Source: Malacoraja senta
Lineage: Eukaryota
DNA length: 64,000 nucleotides
Assembly (NCBI GenBank): GCA_038087875.1
Contig: CM075989.1
Span: forward strand, 22,694,001 to 22,758,000
Direction of reading: 5' to 3'
Both the position numbers and the translations under genes were made by a program. The notes beneath the pieces were generated by a model. That model did no database searches. It saw only the letters and a list, made by a program, of their open reading frames with translations, and was not told the origin of the DNA. Positions within the stretch are counted from its first letter, which is position 1, and every line of letters begins with the position of its first letter. Positions 49,416 through 62,944 of this stretch are shown piece after piece.

Positions 49416-50388
49416 AGAAATGCAATGTAGGAAGGAACTGCAGATGCTGGTTTAAATTGAAGGTAGACACAAAATGCTGGAGTAACTCAGCGGGACGAGC
49501 AGCATCTCTGGAGAGAAGGAATGGGTGATGGTTTGGGTCGAGACCCTTCTTCATTGCAGAGTCATACAGCGTGGAAACAGGCTCCAAGGCCCAACTTGCC
49601 CACACCGACCAACATGACCACCTGTAGTCAGGATCAAACCCAGGTTTCTGGCACTGCAAGGCTGAAACTCCACCACTACGCCACCATGCCGCCCTAAGTT
49701 CTCTGGTTTCCTCCAGAACCAGGGGCCACAGTTTAAGAATAAGGAGTAAGCCATTTAGAACGGAGACGAGGAAACACTTTTTCTCACAGAGAGTGGTGAG
49801 TCTGTGGAATTCTCTGCCTCAGAGGGCGGTGGAGGCAGGTTCTCTGGATGCTTTCAAGAGAGAGCTAGATAGGGCTTTTAAAAATAGCGGAGTCAGGGGA
49901 TATGGGGAGAAGGCAGGAACGGGGTACTGATTGGGGATGATCAGCCATGATCACATTGAATGGCGGTGCTGACTCGAAGGGCCAAATGGCCTACTCCTGC
50001 ACCTATTGTCTATCCCAAAATACCTGTGGATTGGTAGGTTAATTGGCCCTTGGTGTGTAGGACCTGTGTCTCCTACCATGTGCCTCTTACCAAAGATAGA
50101 TAGATTCTTGATTAGTACTGGGTGTCAGAGGTTATGGGGAGAAGGCAGGAGAATGGGGTTAGGAGGGTGAGATAGATCAGCCATGATTGAATGGTGGGAT
50201 AGACTTGATGGGCCAAAGAGCCTAATTCTACTCCTGCCACTTATGTCCTTATGACCTCATGTACATCTTTTTTTCCTGAAAGTCCTTTAGTGTGTTGTAG
50301 TTTTTAAAAAATACCCTATTTCATTCTAGCACCAGGCAGGCAACACCCTGACATTTATTATTGTTTCTTAAACATAAAACATTCTTAC

Positions 50389-50475
50389 CTCAGAAAGTAG
50401 GCTTTTTGGACAAGTTTATGCTGCAACTTAATGGCAGTCAGTTGCCAGTAGTTTTCCCTCGGCCTTGTGAGTGGC
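50389..50475 (-). CDS. Coding exon (R-PLTRPRENYWQLTAIKLQHKLVQKAYFL-S)
   Basis: aag acceptor (in-frame alternative 12 nt downstream), AG|gtaaga donor, 87 nt, phase 2->2. Confidence 0.8.
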
Positions 50476-50847
50476 CTTTATCCACAGAGTCATGAATATA
50501 GACAGGGACTGCATTCATTGTTCTTGGGCTGAAGTAGACTTTACCCCCTTTTCCCTCGCTCTCTGTCTCTGTCTCTTTTTTTTTCCAGCGTGAACAAGCT
50601 TTGTCCGTTGCTGATGCTTCAGCCAGAGTTATTCTGTGCTCCAGTGAAACTGTATGAAGTCTGTGTGTTGTTTGAGGAGCTGTTTCGCCTGTCAGCGAGA
50701 CAAAGGGAACTTCTCTGAACCAAGCCTGCCAGTGGGAACAGTTGAAAGCTGTTTCACCATTTATTGTAGCTGTCATTGAAAGAACAGAGACAGTGTGATG
50801 TTTAAAAGTTACAAGCATTTCATTATAGACAAGTAATGAACACCTAC

Positions 50848-50981
50848 CTGAAGCTTTCAGATGAAATATTTAATTGGTTTGCAACTGACAGATAAATACT
50901 CTGCAGTTCGGTTTTTTCAGTTCTGCAAAGTTCTAAGATCTCAGCTGACACATTCATATTTCCATGAGGTGCAAAGATTAT
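50848..50981 (-). CDS. Minus-strand gene, most 5' coding exon found (IIFAPHGNMNVSAEILELCRTEKTELQSIYLSVANQLNISSESF)
   Basis: tag acceptor, AG|gtaggt donor, 134 nt open frame, phase 0->2, joins next exon in frame. Confidence 0.8.
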
Positions 50982-51794
50982 CTAGCGGGCACACTTCAGT
51001 CCTCTGGTTGCGAGCTTTAAAAGAAGAAATTGTCTCGGTAGTCCTTAAATGGTCTGTTAAGGAGAGAAGCCGCTGCAGAATGTGTCGTAGAACAGGTGCT
51101 TCTGGCTGTGGTACTAACTCATACTGTACAGTGTGGAAACAGGCCCTTCAGCCCACTTGCCCACTCTGACCAACATGCCCCATCTGCACTAGTCCCGCAG
51201 GCCGGTGTTTGGCCCATATCCTTCTAGACGTAACCCATCCATGTACCTCACCAACACGTTGTGATAGTACCCACCTCAATTACCTCCCAGGGACACCCAT
51301 CGGAAAACCACGTGGTCTCAGGGAAGAGAAGCTTATCCCGATGGCAGGAATATGAATGAAGAAGAAGTATGAATAAGTTTATTGGCCAAGTATTCACATA
51401 CAAGGAATTTGCCTTGGTGCTCCGCCCGTAAGTGACAACATGACATACAGTGACAGTTAGGAATGACACATAATACATTAAACATATCTAGACCAAAGTA
51501 GCTTAAAGAACTCGGAAACAAAATACATATGCAACATAGTTCCCCGTGACCTGCGTGGGTTTTCTCCGAGATCTTCAGTTTCCTCCCACACTCCAAAGGC
51601 GTACAGGTATGTAGGTTAATTGGCTTGGTGAATGTGTAAATTGTCCCTGGTGTGTGTAGGATAGACTGTTAATATGCGGTGATCGCTGGTCGGCGCGGAC
51701 CCGCTGGGCTTAAGGGCCTGCTTCTGCGCTGTATCTCTAAACTAAACGCAACAGGACAGGCATCTTTTAGTTTAGTTTAGCAGGCCCTGTTTCC

Positions 51795-51945
51795 ACACAC
51801 ACGCACACAGACACAGACACAGGCGCAGACGCAGACGCAGACGCACACGCACACGCACACGCACAGGCACACGCACACGGACACGCACACAGACACGCAC
51901 ACAGACACGCACACAGACACAGACACAGACACACACACACATGCA
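51795..51945. repeat. Compound (CA)/(CACG)/(CAGA) microsatellite
   Basis: Directly visible simple repeat. Confidence 0.95.
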
Positions 51946-54269
51946 CGCCAGCAAACCTATACATCTGTGGGAGGAAACCAGAGCACCCGGAGAAAACCTA
52001 CGCGGTCACGGGGAGACCGTACAAACTCCGTACAGACAGCACCCGTAGTCAGGATCAAACCTGGGTCCCTGGCGCTGCAAGGCAGCAACTCTACCGCTGC
52101 GCCACCGTGCCGCCCAGCTTCAAAGGGAATTTCTGGTCCATGTTTACTCGTGGCCTTTTGAACTTCATAATCTTCTTAAACATTTAATATTTCATTAAAA
52201 TCACGTTATGCAATCTTTAGTCCCAACAATGCTCCATATATATAGATCTCCACATTGTGGGAAAGTTCAGGAGGCTAATCCGGATTTTTGTTACTTAATA
52301 TTGCAGTTTATAAGAGGGATTTGCACAGGGAAAATTCGGTGGGAAACAGCTGTGTGTGTCTTTTCCACAAATGAGAACAATCTTTTTGCCCTCAGGAGTG
52401 GAACCCAGCACTCTGCCCAGTCCCAACCTTTCAAAACAAGCAATGATTTAAAAGAGAGTCTATCTAGACTGAGAATAAAAGCCAGCTCATCGTGGTCATG
52501 TTATAGCCATCTATTCTGTCGCGCTTGTGAAGTGACACAGACACGTGGGGTTTGGGGAGAATTTGGAGATTGGTAAAAATTTAAAACTTTTTCAAAAGAT
52601 CAGGGAATTGAGTTCCATGGGGAACCTGGGTAGCGGGTGGAGTTGCTGCCTCACAGCGCCAGATATCCAGGTTCGATCCTGACTACGGGTGCTGTCTGTA
52701 CGGAGTTTGTACATTCTAACCCGTGACCGCGTGGGTTTTTTCCGGGTGCTCCCGCACTCCATAGATGTAGAGTGGGAACAGTCAGAGGGGAGTTAATATT
52801 TCGGGTAGTTGACCCTTCATGAGGAGTGAACAGGGGAGGAGAGTGTGAGGGACAGGGATGTTAGATCCAATGATGAGCATGAAGACAACATCTACTGCAT
52901 CTACGGAAGGAACTGGGCAGAAAACCCTTCTTCAGACTGATGGAGTTCAAGGGAGAAATCTGCAAAAGAGAGATAGGGGTGGACAAAGACTGAAGAAGGG
53001 TCTCGACCCGAAACGTCACCCATTCCTTCTCTCCAGAGATGCCGCCTGTCCCGCTGAGTTACTCCAGCACTTTGAGTCTATCCTCGCAAGTGATGGGTGG
53101 GAACAGAGGAGACGGACTGATTGACAGATAGTTTGGAGATAGTTTGAGTTTAAGTATCAGTTTAGTTCCAGTTTGAGTTTAGTTCATGGAGCAAGGTCCA
53201 ATGAAAAGCTTTTGTTGCATGCTAAAGATATTGACAAAGCCTGGAGCTGAAATAGAGACAAAAGGGGATATGATAAGGAAGAGATGATGTGATATGTAAA
53301 GCCAGAGGAAGGGATAATGGGTGGAAGTGGGCAGCAGGGATGGGGGGGGTGGGGAATGAAGTGGGATAAAGAGGGTCTCAGTGCAGGGAAGGTGGGAAGA
53401 TGAGTGGGAGGAAGGAATGAATCAGGCTGACGAGAGCAGGGGGACAAGGTGTGTGCGTAGGGGAGGGGAGGGGAGGAAGAAACAAGATGCGGTATATTGG
53501 TGCCTTATAGTTTCGTTTAGTTTAGATACAGTGCCGAAACAGGCCGTTCGGACGACCGGATCCATGCCCACCAGCGATCCCCGCACTTTAACACTATCCT
53601 ACACACAATAGGGACAATTTGCAATTTACCAACGCTAATTAGCCTACAAACCTGCACGTCTTTAGAGTGCGGGAGAGACCCGGAGAAAACCCACGCAGGT
53701 CACGAAGAGAATGTACAAACTCCGTACAGACAGCACCCGTGGTCAGGATCCAAACCTGGTCCCTGGCGCTGTGAGGCAGCAACTCTACCGCTGCACCACC
53801 GTGCTGCCCTTATGGTAGAATGAATGTGGGGAAAGATGTGTACCAATTATATTTACTGTGCATATCTCATGAATAAAATATATCTTTGAAATATAAACTT
53901 TCATGTCCCACCATGCAGAACAGCACTGGAAGAGGCATGCTGGTTAAACTCATCGCAACTTGCTTGGTGATGTTTCCACATAGGTCTGGATCGAATGAAT
54001 GTGGAGAGGATGTTTCCACTAGTGGGAGAGTCTAGGACCAAAGAACTTTACGAAGGAGATGAGGAGGAATTTCTTTAGTGGTGAATCTGTGGAATTCATT
54101 GCCGCAGAAGGCTGTGGAGGCCAAGTCGGTGGATATTTTTAAGGCAGTGATAGATAGATTCTTGATTAGTACGGGTGTCAGGGATTATGGGGAGAAGGCA
54201 GGAGAATGGGGTTAGGAGGGAGAGGTAGATCATCCATGATTAAATGGTGGAGTAGACTTGATGGGCCAA

Positions 54270-54903
54270 AGCAAGAGGATTTGAGTATAGGAGCAGGGAG
54301 GTTCTACTGCAGTTGTACAGGGTCTTGGTGAGACCACACCTGGAGTATTGCGTACAGTTTTGGTCTCCAAATCTGAGGAAGGACATTATAGCCATAGAGG
54401 GAGTGCAGAGAAGGTTCACCAGACTGATTCCTGGGATGTCAGGACTTTCATATGAAGAAAGACTGGATAGACTTGGCTTATACTCGCTAGAATTTAGGAG
54501 ATTGAGAGGGGATCTTATAGAAACGTACAAAATTCTTATGGGGTTGGACAGGCTAGATGCAGGAAGATTGTTCCCGATGTTGGGGAAGTCCAGGACAAGG
54601 GGTCACAGCTTAAGGATAAGGGGGAAATCCTTTAAGACCGAGATGAGGAAAAACTTTTTCACACAGAGAGTGGTGAATCTCTGGAACTCTCTGCCACAGA
54701 GGGTAGTTGACGCCAGTTCATTGGCTATATTTAAGAGGGAGTTAGATGTGGCCCTTGTGGCTAAAGGGATCAGGGGGTATGGAGAGAAGGCAGGTACGGG
54801 ATACTGAGTTGGATGATCAGCCATGATCATATTGAATGGCGGTGCAGGCTCGAAGGGCCGAATGGCCTACTCCTGCACCTATTTTCTATGTTTCTATGTT
54901 TCT
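54270..54903 (+). mobile_element. CR1 (HER1-like) LINE 3' fragment nested in another CR1 tail
   Basis: ORF 54313..54807 LVRPHLEYCVQFWSP...TRGHSL...FFTQRVVNLWNSLP; (ctatgttt)n tail. Confidence 0.9.
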
Positions 54904-56394
54904 AAATGGCCTAATTCTGCTCCTATAACTTATGAACTTAAGAACTAAAAACTCAGGGGGCTACACCTCTGATCAATCTAGCTTCTGTTACCCTTGACAG
55001 ATTACAAAGCATGTGCATATTAGGGATAAATTGTGGCGATGAGCAATGAACATGTATATATAATACTGGATCATACACTTCAATTGTTTGGTATGTCTCC
55101 ATAAACTACTAACACTGTGGTACTCAAGCTGAAACCATTAACCAAAATTTATGGTTAAGATTAAATTTGTATAGAGGCACGAATATATCTGAATAGCAAG
55201 TTATATTTTATCTTTCTTTCACCAGTGCATTAAGCGACCTTGAACTTTCACATCGTAAAATTATTCCAGATTGTTATTCATTTCCAAAGTGGCATCCATT
55301 AGCTAGCGTTCTACAGCACTTAAAGGCTTTGAGGCCCAATGGCCTTGCAACCAGCCACAGTGATATGGAATACAGTGGTAGAGTTGCTGCCTTACAGCGC
55401 TTGCAGCGTCGGAGACCCGAGTTCGATCCCGACTACGGGTGCTGGCTGTGCGGAGCTTGTACATTCTCCCTGTGACCTGCGTGAGATCTTTGGTTTCCTC
55501 CCGCACTCCTAAGACCTACAGGTTTGTAGGCTAATTGGCTTGGAATAAATGTAAAAATTGTGTGTGGGATAGTGTTAATGTGCGGGGATCGCTGGTCGGC
55601 GTGGACCCGGTGTGCCGAAGGTCCTGTTTCCACGCTGTATCTCTAGACTAAACTAAACTAAAGTGGGAAACCAAGCATCAGCCAGCGGCGGTAGACAAAA
55701 ATGCTGGAGAAACTCAGCGGGTGAGGCAGCGTCTATGGAGCGAAGGAAATAGGTAACATCACCTATTCCTTCGCTCCATAGATGCTGCCTCACCCGCTGA
55801 GTTTCTCCAGCATTTTTGTCTACCTTCAATTTTTCCAGCATCTGCAGTTCTTTCTTAAACACATCAACCAGCACCTGTCATCTTTATTTCCAGTTTGTAC
55901 TGTCAATGTGGACAGCTTTGTCAATCAACAATTTCAACCACTAAACTCAGCTGTCTGATAACAAGCTGATTTTCACATCTCCGGGACAAAGCAAATCTGC
56001 CTCAATAAGCAAACTTCCCACTTGACAACTCCACAGGACAGCCTTCTACATAGAAAACCCATGATTCTTGCTTGCAATGACTATCAACCGTGTCTGCCAA
56101 GAATGAATACAAATGCAGTCAAAGCGTCTTCCTTTGAAACAGGCATTTACGCTTCAGATTCCTAAGGTGCTTGATATGGAATTTTGTTTTTTAACGCTGC
56201 TATTAAGCAATTTGTGAAATATTATTATCTTAAAGAAGTCATATCAATATAAGTTATTGTTGATGTGTATGAAGGAACTGCAGATGTTGGTTTAAACCAA
56301 AGATGGAAACAAAAAGCTGGAGCAACTCAGCCGGACAGGCAGCATCTCTGGGGAGAAGAAATGGGTGACGTTTCGGGTCGAGACCCTTCTTCAG

Positions 56395-56665
56395 AAACTG
56401 AAAACACGGAAGACGCTGTCCCTGAGTCTGGTGAAGCTTCTGTCCCTTCTGCCAAATGCGAGCAGGGAGAGGGAGAAATGTCGGCGGTGGGACAGGTCTT
56501 CAATTACGTTGGCTGCTTTTCCGAGGCAGCGTGAAGTGTAGATGGAGTCAATGGTGGGGAGTGTGGTCTGTGTGATGGACTGGGCTACATCTACAAACCC
56601 TCTGCAACCTTGCAGTCTTGGGCAGGGCCGTTTCCAAACCAAACTATGATGTAACCTGACAATAT
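56395..56665 (-). mobile_element. Rex1/Babar-clade LINE fragment
   Basis: VDVAQSITQTTLPTIDSIYTSRCLGKAANVIEDLSH in ORF 56391..56723. Confidence 0.7.
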
Positions 56666-57539
56666 GCTTTATATGGGTGGTGAATCTGTGGAATTCATTG
56701 CCACAGACGGCTGTGGAGGCCAATCAATGGATATTTTTAAGGTGAAGATTGACATATTCTTGATCAGTACGGGTGTCAGGGGTTACGGGGAGAAGGCAGG
56801 AGAATGGGGTTGAGAGGGAGAGATAGATCATCCATGATTGAATGGCAGAGTAGAGTTGATGGGCCGAATGGCCTAATTCTACTCCTAGAACCTGTGAACT
56901 TCCATTAAAATATATTAAATAATTATTATATAAAAATAATAATGTGTTTAACAGATGTGACTCTGCTCTTTTAAGATGATCCTTAAAGACTCTTATAACC
57001 AACTTTTTCTCACCTATCTAATATCTCCTCACATTCCCAATATGGAATTTTGTTTCATAACACACCTGTTCAACGTATAATATCATCTTAAGCTAGTCAT
57101 ATAAATGTTAGCTGTTGATATTTTTCTCGTGTCACTCTGTGCAGCTAGGAACTCAAAAATGCAGTGACATTTGAAAGGGAACAGAGAACAAAAATGCCAA
57201 CTATCCTCTGGCATTTCTGTAGGCAGACGCAAATTAATATTAACATGCAAGGAAATGTTGATGATATTTTGTTACATTTCTGAAGCCACGCCAGCAGAAA
57301 CATGTTGCATTAGTTCCTGTATTTCCAATCATTATTAGTGAGGCTGGCATCCCTTGGTCATTGCCGGGTGCCCTTGGAGTTGGGCATTAAATTCCAGCCT
57401 CACCGCCCTTGTGAGATTTCTTCCAGGTCTACTGTGCATGTTGTGTGATGATTATATAGAGTTGGTTTTGACCAACAAAATGGCAGTGGATTTCTAAGTC
57501 AGAATAGTGAGGTTATTGGAAGAAATACTTACATAAAGT

Positions 57540-57750
57540 CTGATGAAGGGTCTCTACCCGAAACACCGCCCATGGGGTCTGAGGAAGCATCCTGACCCAA
57601 AACATTGTCTGTCCATTGAGCCTGAAGAAGGGTCTTGACCCAAAACATTGCCTGTCCATTGAGTCTGAAGAAGGGTCTCGACCCAAAGCATTGCGTTCCA
57701 CTGAGTCTGAAGAAGGGTCTTGACCCAAAAGGTTCTCTGTCCATTCCATC
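57540..57750 (+). repeat. Tandem array of five ~39-43 bp units, each built on a Penelope hammerhead core
   Basis: CTGANGAAG starts at 57540, 57579, 57622, 57665, 57707. Confidence 0.85.
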
Positions 57751-58145
57751 CACAGACTCTAGAAACAAGGAACTGTAATTGCCAGTTTACAAAAGAAGAC
57801 ACAAAGTGCTGGAGTAACTCAGTGGGTCAGGCAGCATCCCTAGAGAAAATAGATAGGTGACATTTTGGTTAGGGACTATCCACAGATACTACCGACCCGC
57901 TGAGTTCCTCCAGAGCTTTGTTTTACATAAAGAATGAGACATAATGAAACAGGTCCTTTAGCCACCGAGTCTGTGCCAAGCATCAACCACCATTTTACAC
58001 CAATCCACTATAACCGACAGTTTTAATCTCCACACATATTCTTCTTTCTTCTTTTAGAGATACAGCGTGGAAACAGGCTCTTCGGCCCACTGAGTCCTCA
58101 CTGGCCAGCGATCCCCGTACACTAGCACTATCCGACAGATTAGGG

Positions 58146-58367
58146 TATGGCGAGCGAATAAGCAAGCCACGCGTGGTGGATTAAAGAGATCTTTATAGAT
58201 GAAATAAAGAGATCAACACACACATGAATGGGGGATTGTGACCCGGGACTCTATACTTATACTAGGGCACACACCTATACCCTGTGACAACTCCTTCCCG
58301 CCATTGCCCAGTCACGTGACCTTACCCCCGACTGCCGACGGTTCGCTACCCACCAGGTGGCACCACA
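58146..58367. mobile_element. Solo LTR (Gypsy-like) inserted in a SINE
   Basis: Ends tatggcg...caccaca (degenerate TG..CA inverted termini), 4-bp TSD aggg. Confidence 0.6.
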
Positions 58368-58654
58368 AGGGGCAATTTATAATTTTTAAACGAAGCCAAA
58401 TTAATCTACAAACCTGCACGTCTTTGGAGTGTGGGAGGAAACCGGAGCACCCAGAAAACCCCCACAAGGTGATGGGGGGAACGTACAAACTCCATGCAGA
58501 CAGCACCCATAGGCAGAATCGAACCCATGTCTCTGGCGCTGTGAGGCAGCAACTCTACCGCTGCACCACCGTGCCGTAATTTTGTTCAATGGTCCAGTGG
58601 TCGTGGAAGCCTGATTCCACAAACAGAGACTTTAACAATTTTATTGGTATTAAT

Positions 58655-58990
58655 AGATACAAAATGCTGGAGTAACTCAGCGGGACAGGCAGCATCTCTG
58701 GAGAGAAGGAATGGGTGACGTTTCGGGTCGAGACCCTTCTTCAGACTAAATCTTCGGCTTAAACCAGCAAGATGCTGCCTGTCCCACTGAGTTACTCCAG
58801 CATTTTGTGTCCATCTTCGGTTTAAACCAGCATCTGCTGTTCCTTCCTCCACCTGTGTAAGAAAGAACTGCAGAAGCTGGTTTAAATCGAAGGTAGACAC
58901 AAAATGCTGGAGTAACTCAGCGGGTGAAGCAGCATCTCTGGAGAGAAGGAATGGGTGACGTTTTGGGTCAAGACCCTTCTTCAGACTGAT
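58655..58990. mobile_element. Composite of three Penelope-tail pieces in alternating orientation
   Basis: Repeated gctggagtaactcagcggg and its reverse complement; flanked by ttattggtatt on both sides. Confidence 0.7.
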
Positions 58991-61900
58991 CTGACATTAT
59001 TGGTATTGATATTAGATTATTATTGTTACGTACAATGAGAAACAGTAAAAGGCATTTGTTTATATGACCGATAATATTCGAAAAACCAAAGTTCCATTAA
59101 CTGTAGGAGATGACAGTGGTTGGGAGAAGTTCCATTGCAAACTCCGAGTACAGAGGCACATCGGTTTGTTAAATGACCCCTTTTAACTTTTTTTTTTGAG
59201 GGAGGGATATTTGTTAAAATTCCTGCATGCTTTATCCTGCCATGGTCAAAGTTGACAAAGTAAACTCAGTCAAGCTGTAAATCCCGAGCGTATTTTAAGT
59301 ACTGTTGTCTCATATTCATGTCCAGAGTACGAGGTGTGTGTTTATAAATTTAGGATCATGAGCTGAATATGAAAAGGCCATAAATATTGTACTTTCAGAA
59401 ACAGGATGAAAAAAAAATTGCACTTAATGTTTTTTCTCGAGATTGCCAAGTTTTTCAGAGCCAATGAGTTATGGATGTTCGCGTGGATTTGCAGAGAGCA
59501 GAACATGAATATGCAGGGAATGGAGGGATGTGGATCACGTGCAGGCAGAGATTAGACAATTTGGCATCATGTTCGGCATGAACATTGTGACCCATGGCTG
59601 ACGAAGGGTCTCGACCCGAAACGTCACCTATTCCTTTTCTCCAGAGATGCTGCCTGAGTTACTCCAGCATTTTTTTTATCTGTCTTGGGTGAAAACCCGC
59701 ATCTGCAGTTCCTTCCCGAATATTTATAAAGGTTATGCATGCAGGGTAAATCCAACGAGTTTGTGATTCTACAAACATGACTTGAAATGGATTAACAAAC
59801 CAATTTTTTTTTTAAAGAGAGGTAAAGTGGGAAGTCTGTGGAGGAGAGAAAAGAACGGACTGAGTGGGATTTGGAAAATTCACATGAAAACTGTGTCGGT
59901 ACGAATTTCATTAAAAAAAAGCATTCCCAACGGAAAAGATTTTGGATAAACCCTGGGAACTGGGACCAGCTGTAAAAGAAAATTCCTTCAATACCACAAT
60001 AGGGACAGGGCAGTCCAACCAGGGAGGCTAGCCACACTAGATACGCGCGGTCTCAAATTAATGATGGATACTGATGTTTAAAATTCTGGGTGATTTTTTT
60101 TTTCCCCCCTCTTTAAATTCACAAGGGAAAAGATGAAGAACTTGCTTTTTTTCCAAATAAATTCATCCCAAGTGAAAACTGAGTGACATCAAAACAAGAG
60201 ATGGAAGATGCAGATAGAATAAACTGAAAACAAATGCATCCCTCGGGATGGATTAAATGTATTCTGAAATACTGAATTGCTGTTAAAACACAAAGTACCA
60301 GCACTATCACAGAAGGATAAATGCTTAACCAAGAAAACCAGTGCCAAAGTGGTATCTAAACTACGCACTAAACTACGCACCTATACGCACTAAAGGTAGA
60401 CAAAAGTGCTGGAGAAACTCAGCGGGTGAGGCAGCATCTATGGAGCGAAGGAATAGGTGACGTTTCGGGTCGAGACCCTTCTACAGACTGACCAACGAAC
60501 GATTCCTAGATTGGGGATATTCTAAGGGATTCTGCAATTTTCTCTTTTTGCCCAGGGAATGGTGGAGGCCACGAATGTGTTGCCAGGGGGTGGTGATGGA
60601 GGCAGAGACGATTATAGAAACATAGAAACATAGACAATAGGTGCAGGAGTAGGCCATTCGGCCCTTCGAGCCTGCACCGCCATTCAATATGATCATGGCT
60701 GATCATCCAACTCAGTATCCTGTACCTGTACCTGCCTTCTCTCCATACCCCCTGATCCCTTTAGCCACAAGGGCCACATCTAACTCCCTCTTAAATATAG
60801 CCAATGAACTGGCCTCAACTACCTTCTGTGGCAGAGAGTTCCAGAGATTCACCATTATCGTTTTTGTCACTTAAGAGGCTTTTAGATAGGCGCATGGATA
60901 TGCAGAGAATGGAGGGATATGGATCACTTGCAAACAGAGGAGATTAGTTCAACTTGGCATCATGTTCACCATGGACGTTATGGGCCGAAGGGCCTGTTCT
61001 TGTGCTGTACTGTTCTATCTTCACAGCTATGTTCATCAGACCTTCAGATTGCCTGATGAAGGGTCCTGAACCAAAACATGAGTTAGTCTGGGAGGCTGCC
61101 TGTCCCACTGAGTTACTCCAGCTTCTTGTGTCTATCTTGGGTGTAAACCAACATCTGCAGTTCCTTCCTACACACTAAGTTTCGGGATTGTAGTAGATTT
61201 TTTTGGGGATGTTTCGTAATCATATCTTGAGCATTATTCCATTCAGCCTGGTTGAATGATTGCATTTATTTCCACAGGGATCTTTATATGAAATGTTAAT
61301 AGAGAGAGATCACAACACGGACTGCTCTGCGATATTGAACCACACTTCTAGTTTCATGCTGGGAATTTCATTCTCTGGGCAAGAATCAGAATTTCCAAAT
61401 ATTTGACCATGTTTGGTACGTTTTGAAGATCCGAATCCGATATTCTTATTTACAAACATGGCCAGTAAGAAGAACGTGTGAAAAGAATATTTAATTTGAT
61501 TTATTACTCAGAGCGTTTTATTCCTGTTTCCGTCACATTGTTTGCTGGCCAAATGTTGGGAAATTATCATCTCAGCTCCTGCCTTTTATCTTTCTAAAGA
61601 TCAGGAAGCAGGAAACCGGCCCTTCGGCCCATGCCGACTAATGATCACCCCGTACACTAGTTCTATCCTGGACTAGGGACAATTTACAGAAGCCAATCAA
61701 TCTACAAACCTGCACGTCTTTGGAGTGTGGGAGGAAACCGGCGCACCCAGAGAAAACGCAGGTGGTCACTGGGAGAACGTGCAAACTCTGTACACATAGC
61801 GCCCGTAGTCAGGATCGAACCTGGGTCCCTGGTGCTGTAATGGCGGCAAATCTACCGCTGCGCCACCGTGCAGCCCTAGAGGAGGAAACGGACAGGCGAC

Positions 61901-62521
61901 ATTTTGGGTCGGGACCTTCTTCAGGCTGATTGAAGGTCGTTGGAGAGGAGAGGCCAACTGGTGTGCAGGATCACGGGGAAAGCGTAAAGGGCTATTCCGT
62001 CTACAAGGAGCCGCCACAGGCACAATGGGCCAAATGGACTCCTTCTGTAGCTTGTGCTCAATGACGATATGATTCTAATGCAGCATTTTGTTTTCTATGG
62101 CATACTCAACTTATCACAAAGCCACAACATGTTTAAACCCTGCCTCTCTTCTCTGTAACTCCTGCATGAATAGGATAATATTCAGTAAGGTTCTGTCAAT
62201 GTAGCCAATCAATAAAAGGTCTCAGCAGGGTTAGCAGTCAATAAGTCTTTATTCTTACATTAGAAGTGGTCATTTATCTGAGGCAAGGAGGGAATTTCTC
62301 TCAGCTCATTTCCAAAGGGTGACGACCTGTAGCCTTTGTAGCCCTGAAGAGAGTGTGCTTTGCCTTTATCGCCGAACGTCAATGACAATCCCTTCAGAAC
62401 GTACAGACCCTCAACTACAACCTGAGAGATTTCAAGCTATTGAAGTTATGTTTTTATTCAGCCGTGCAAAAAGGCAAGAAAAAGTAAAAACATACTCTGC
62501 CCGAACTGTACAAATACATAA

Positions 62522-62944
62522 AGGGCCCTGTCCCACTTTCACGAGGTAATTCACAAATTCTCCAGAGTTTTCCCCTTGATTCTAACTCGCAGAATGTTCA
62601 TAACGAGTCCATAGGAGGTCGTAGGAGTCCGTGGATATATCGTAGCGGCCCGTTATGCCAGCCGTAGGTACTCGTGCAATCAGGTAAGTCGGGACGTTTT
62701 TTCCAGCCCGATAAAAAATGTGCACGAGTAAAAAAAATGGTCGGGATGAAAGAAATTGCAACTTTTTACTCGTAAGGAGGGCATCGAAATAGTCGTGGGA
62801 ATTCGTAGACATACTCGTAGGAGTTCGTGAACATAGTTGTGGAAGGTCGGAGGAGTTCGTAGATTAGCACGATCTTGATTTTGTTTTAGGTCCTCTAAAC
62901 TCGGCAGAGGTTTTGAATTAAGTTGTGAAAGTGGGACAGGCCCT
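62522..62944. mobile_element. Harbinger-type MITE
   Basis: TIR aggg(c)cctgtcccactttcac, TAA flanks. Confidence 0.8.

Noticed and set aside
51795..51945. Cys/Ala- or Arg/Val-repeat proteins (ORFs 51767..51964 and 51772..51954)
   Set aside because: Artefact of a microsatellite.
57540..57750. CRISPR-like repeat-spacer appearance
   Set aside because: Eukaryotic context, 'spacers' are similar to each other, no cas genes; derived from the Penelope tail.
62260..62421. Open frame VVVEGLYVLKGLSLTFGDKGK… after a minus-strand acceptor
   Set aside because: No convincing in-phase donor and it runs into a stop; cannot be linked to the gene.
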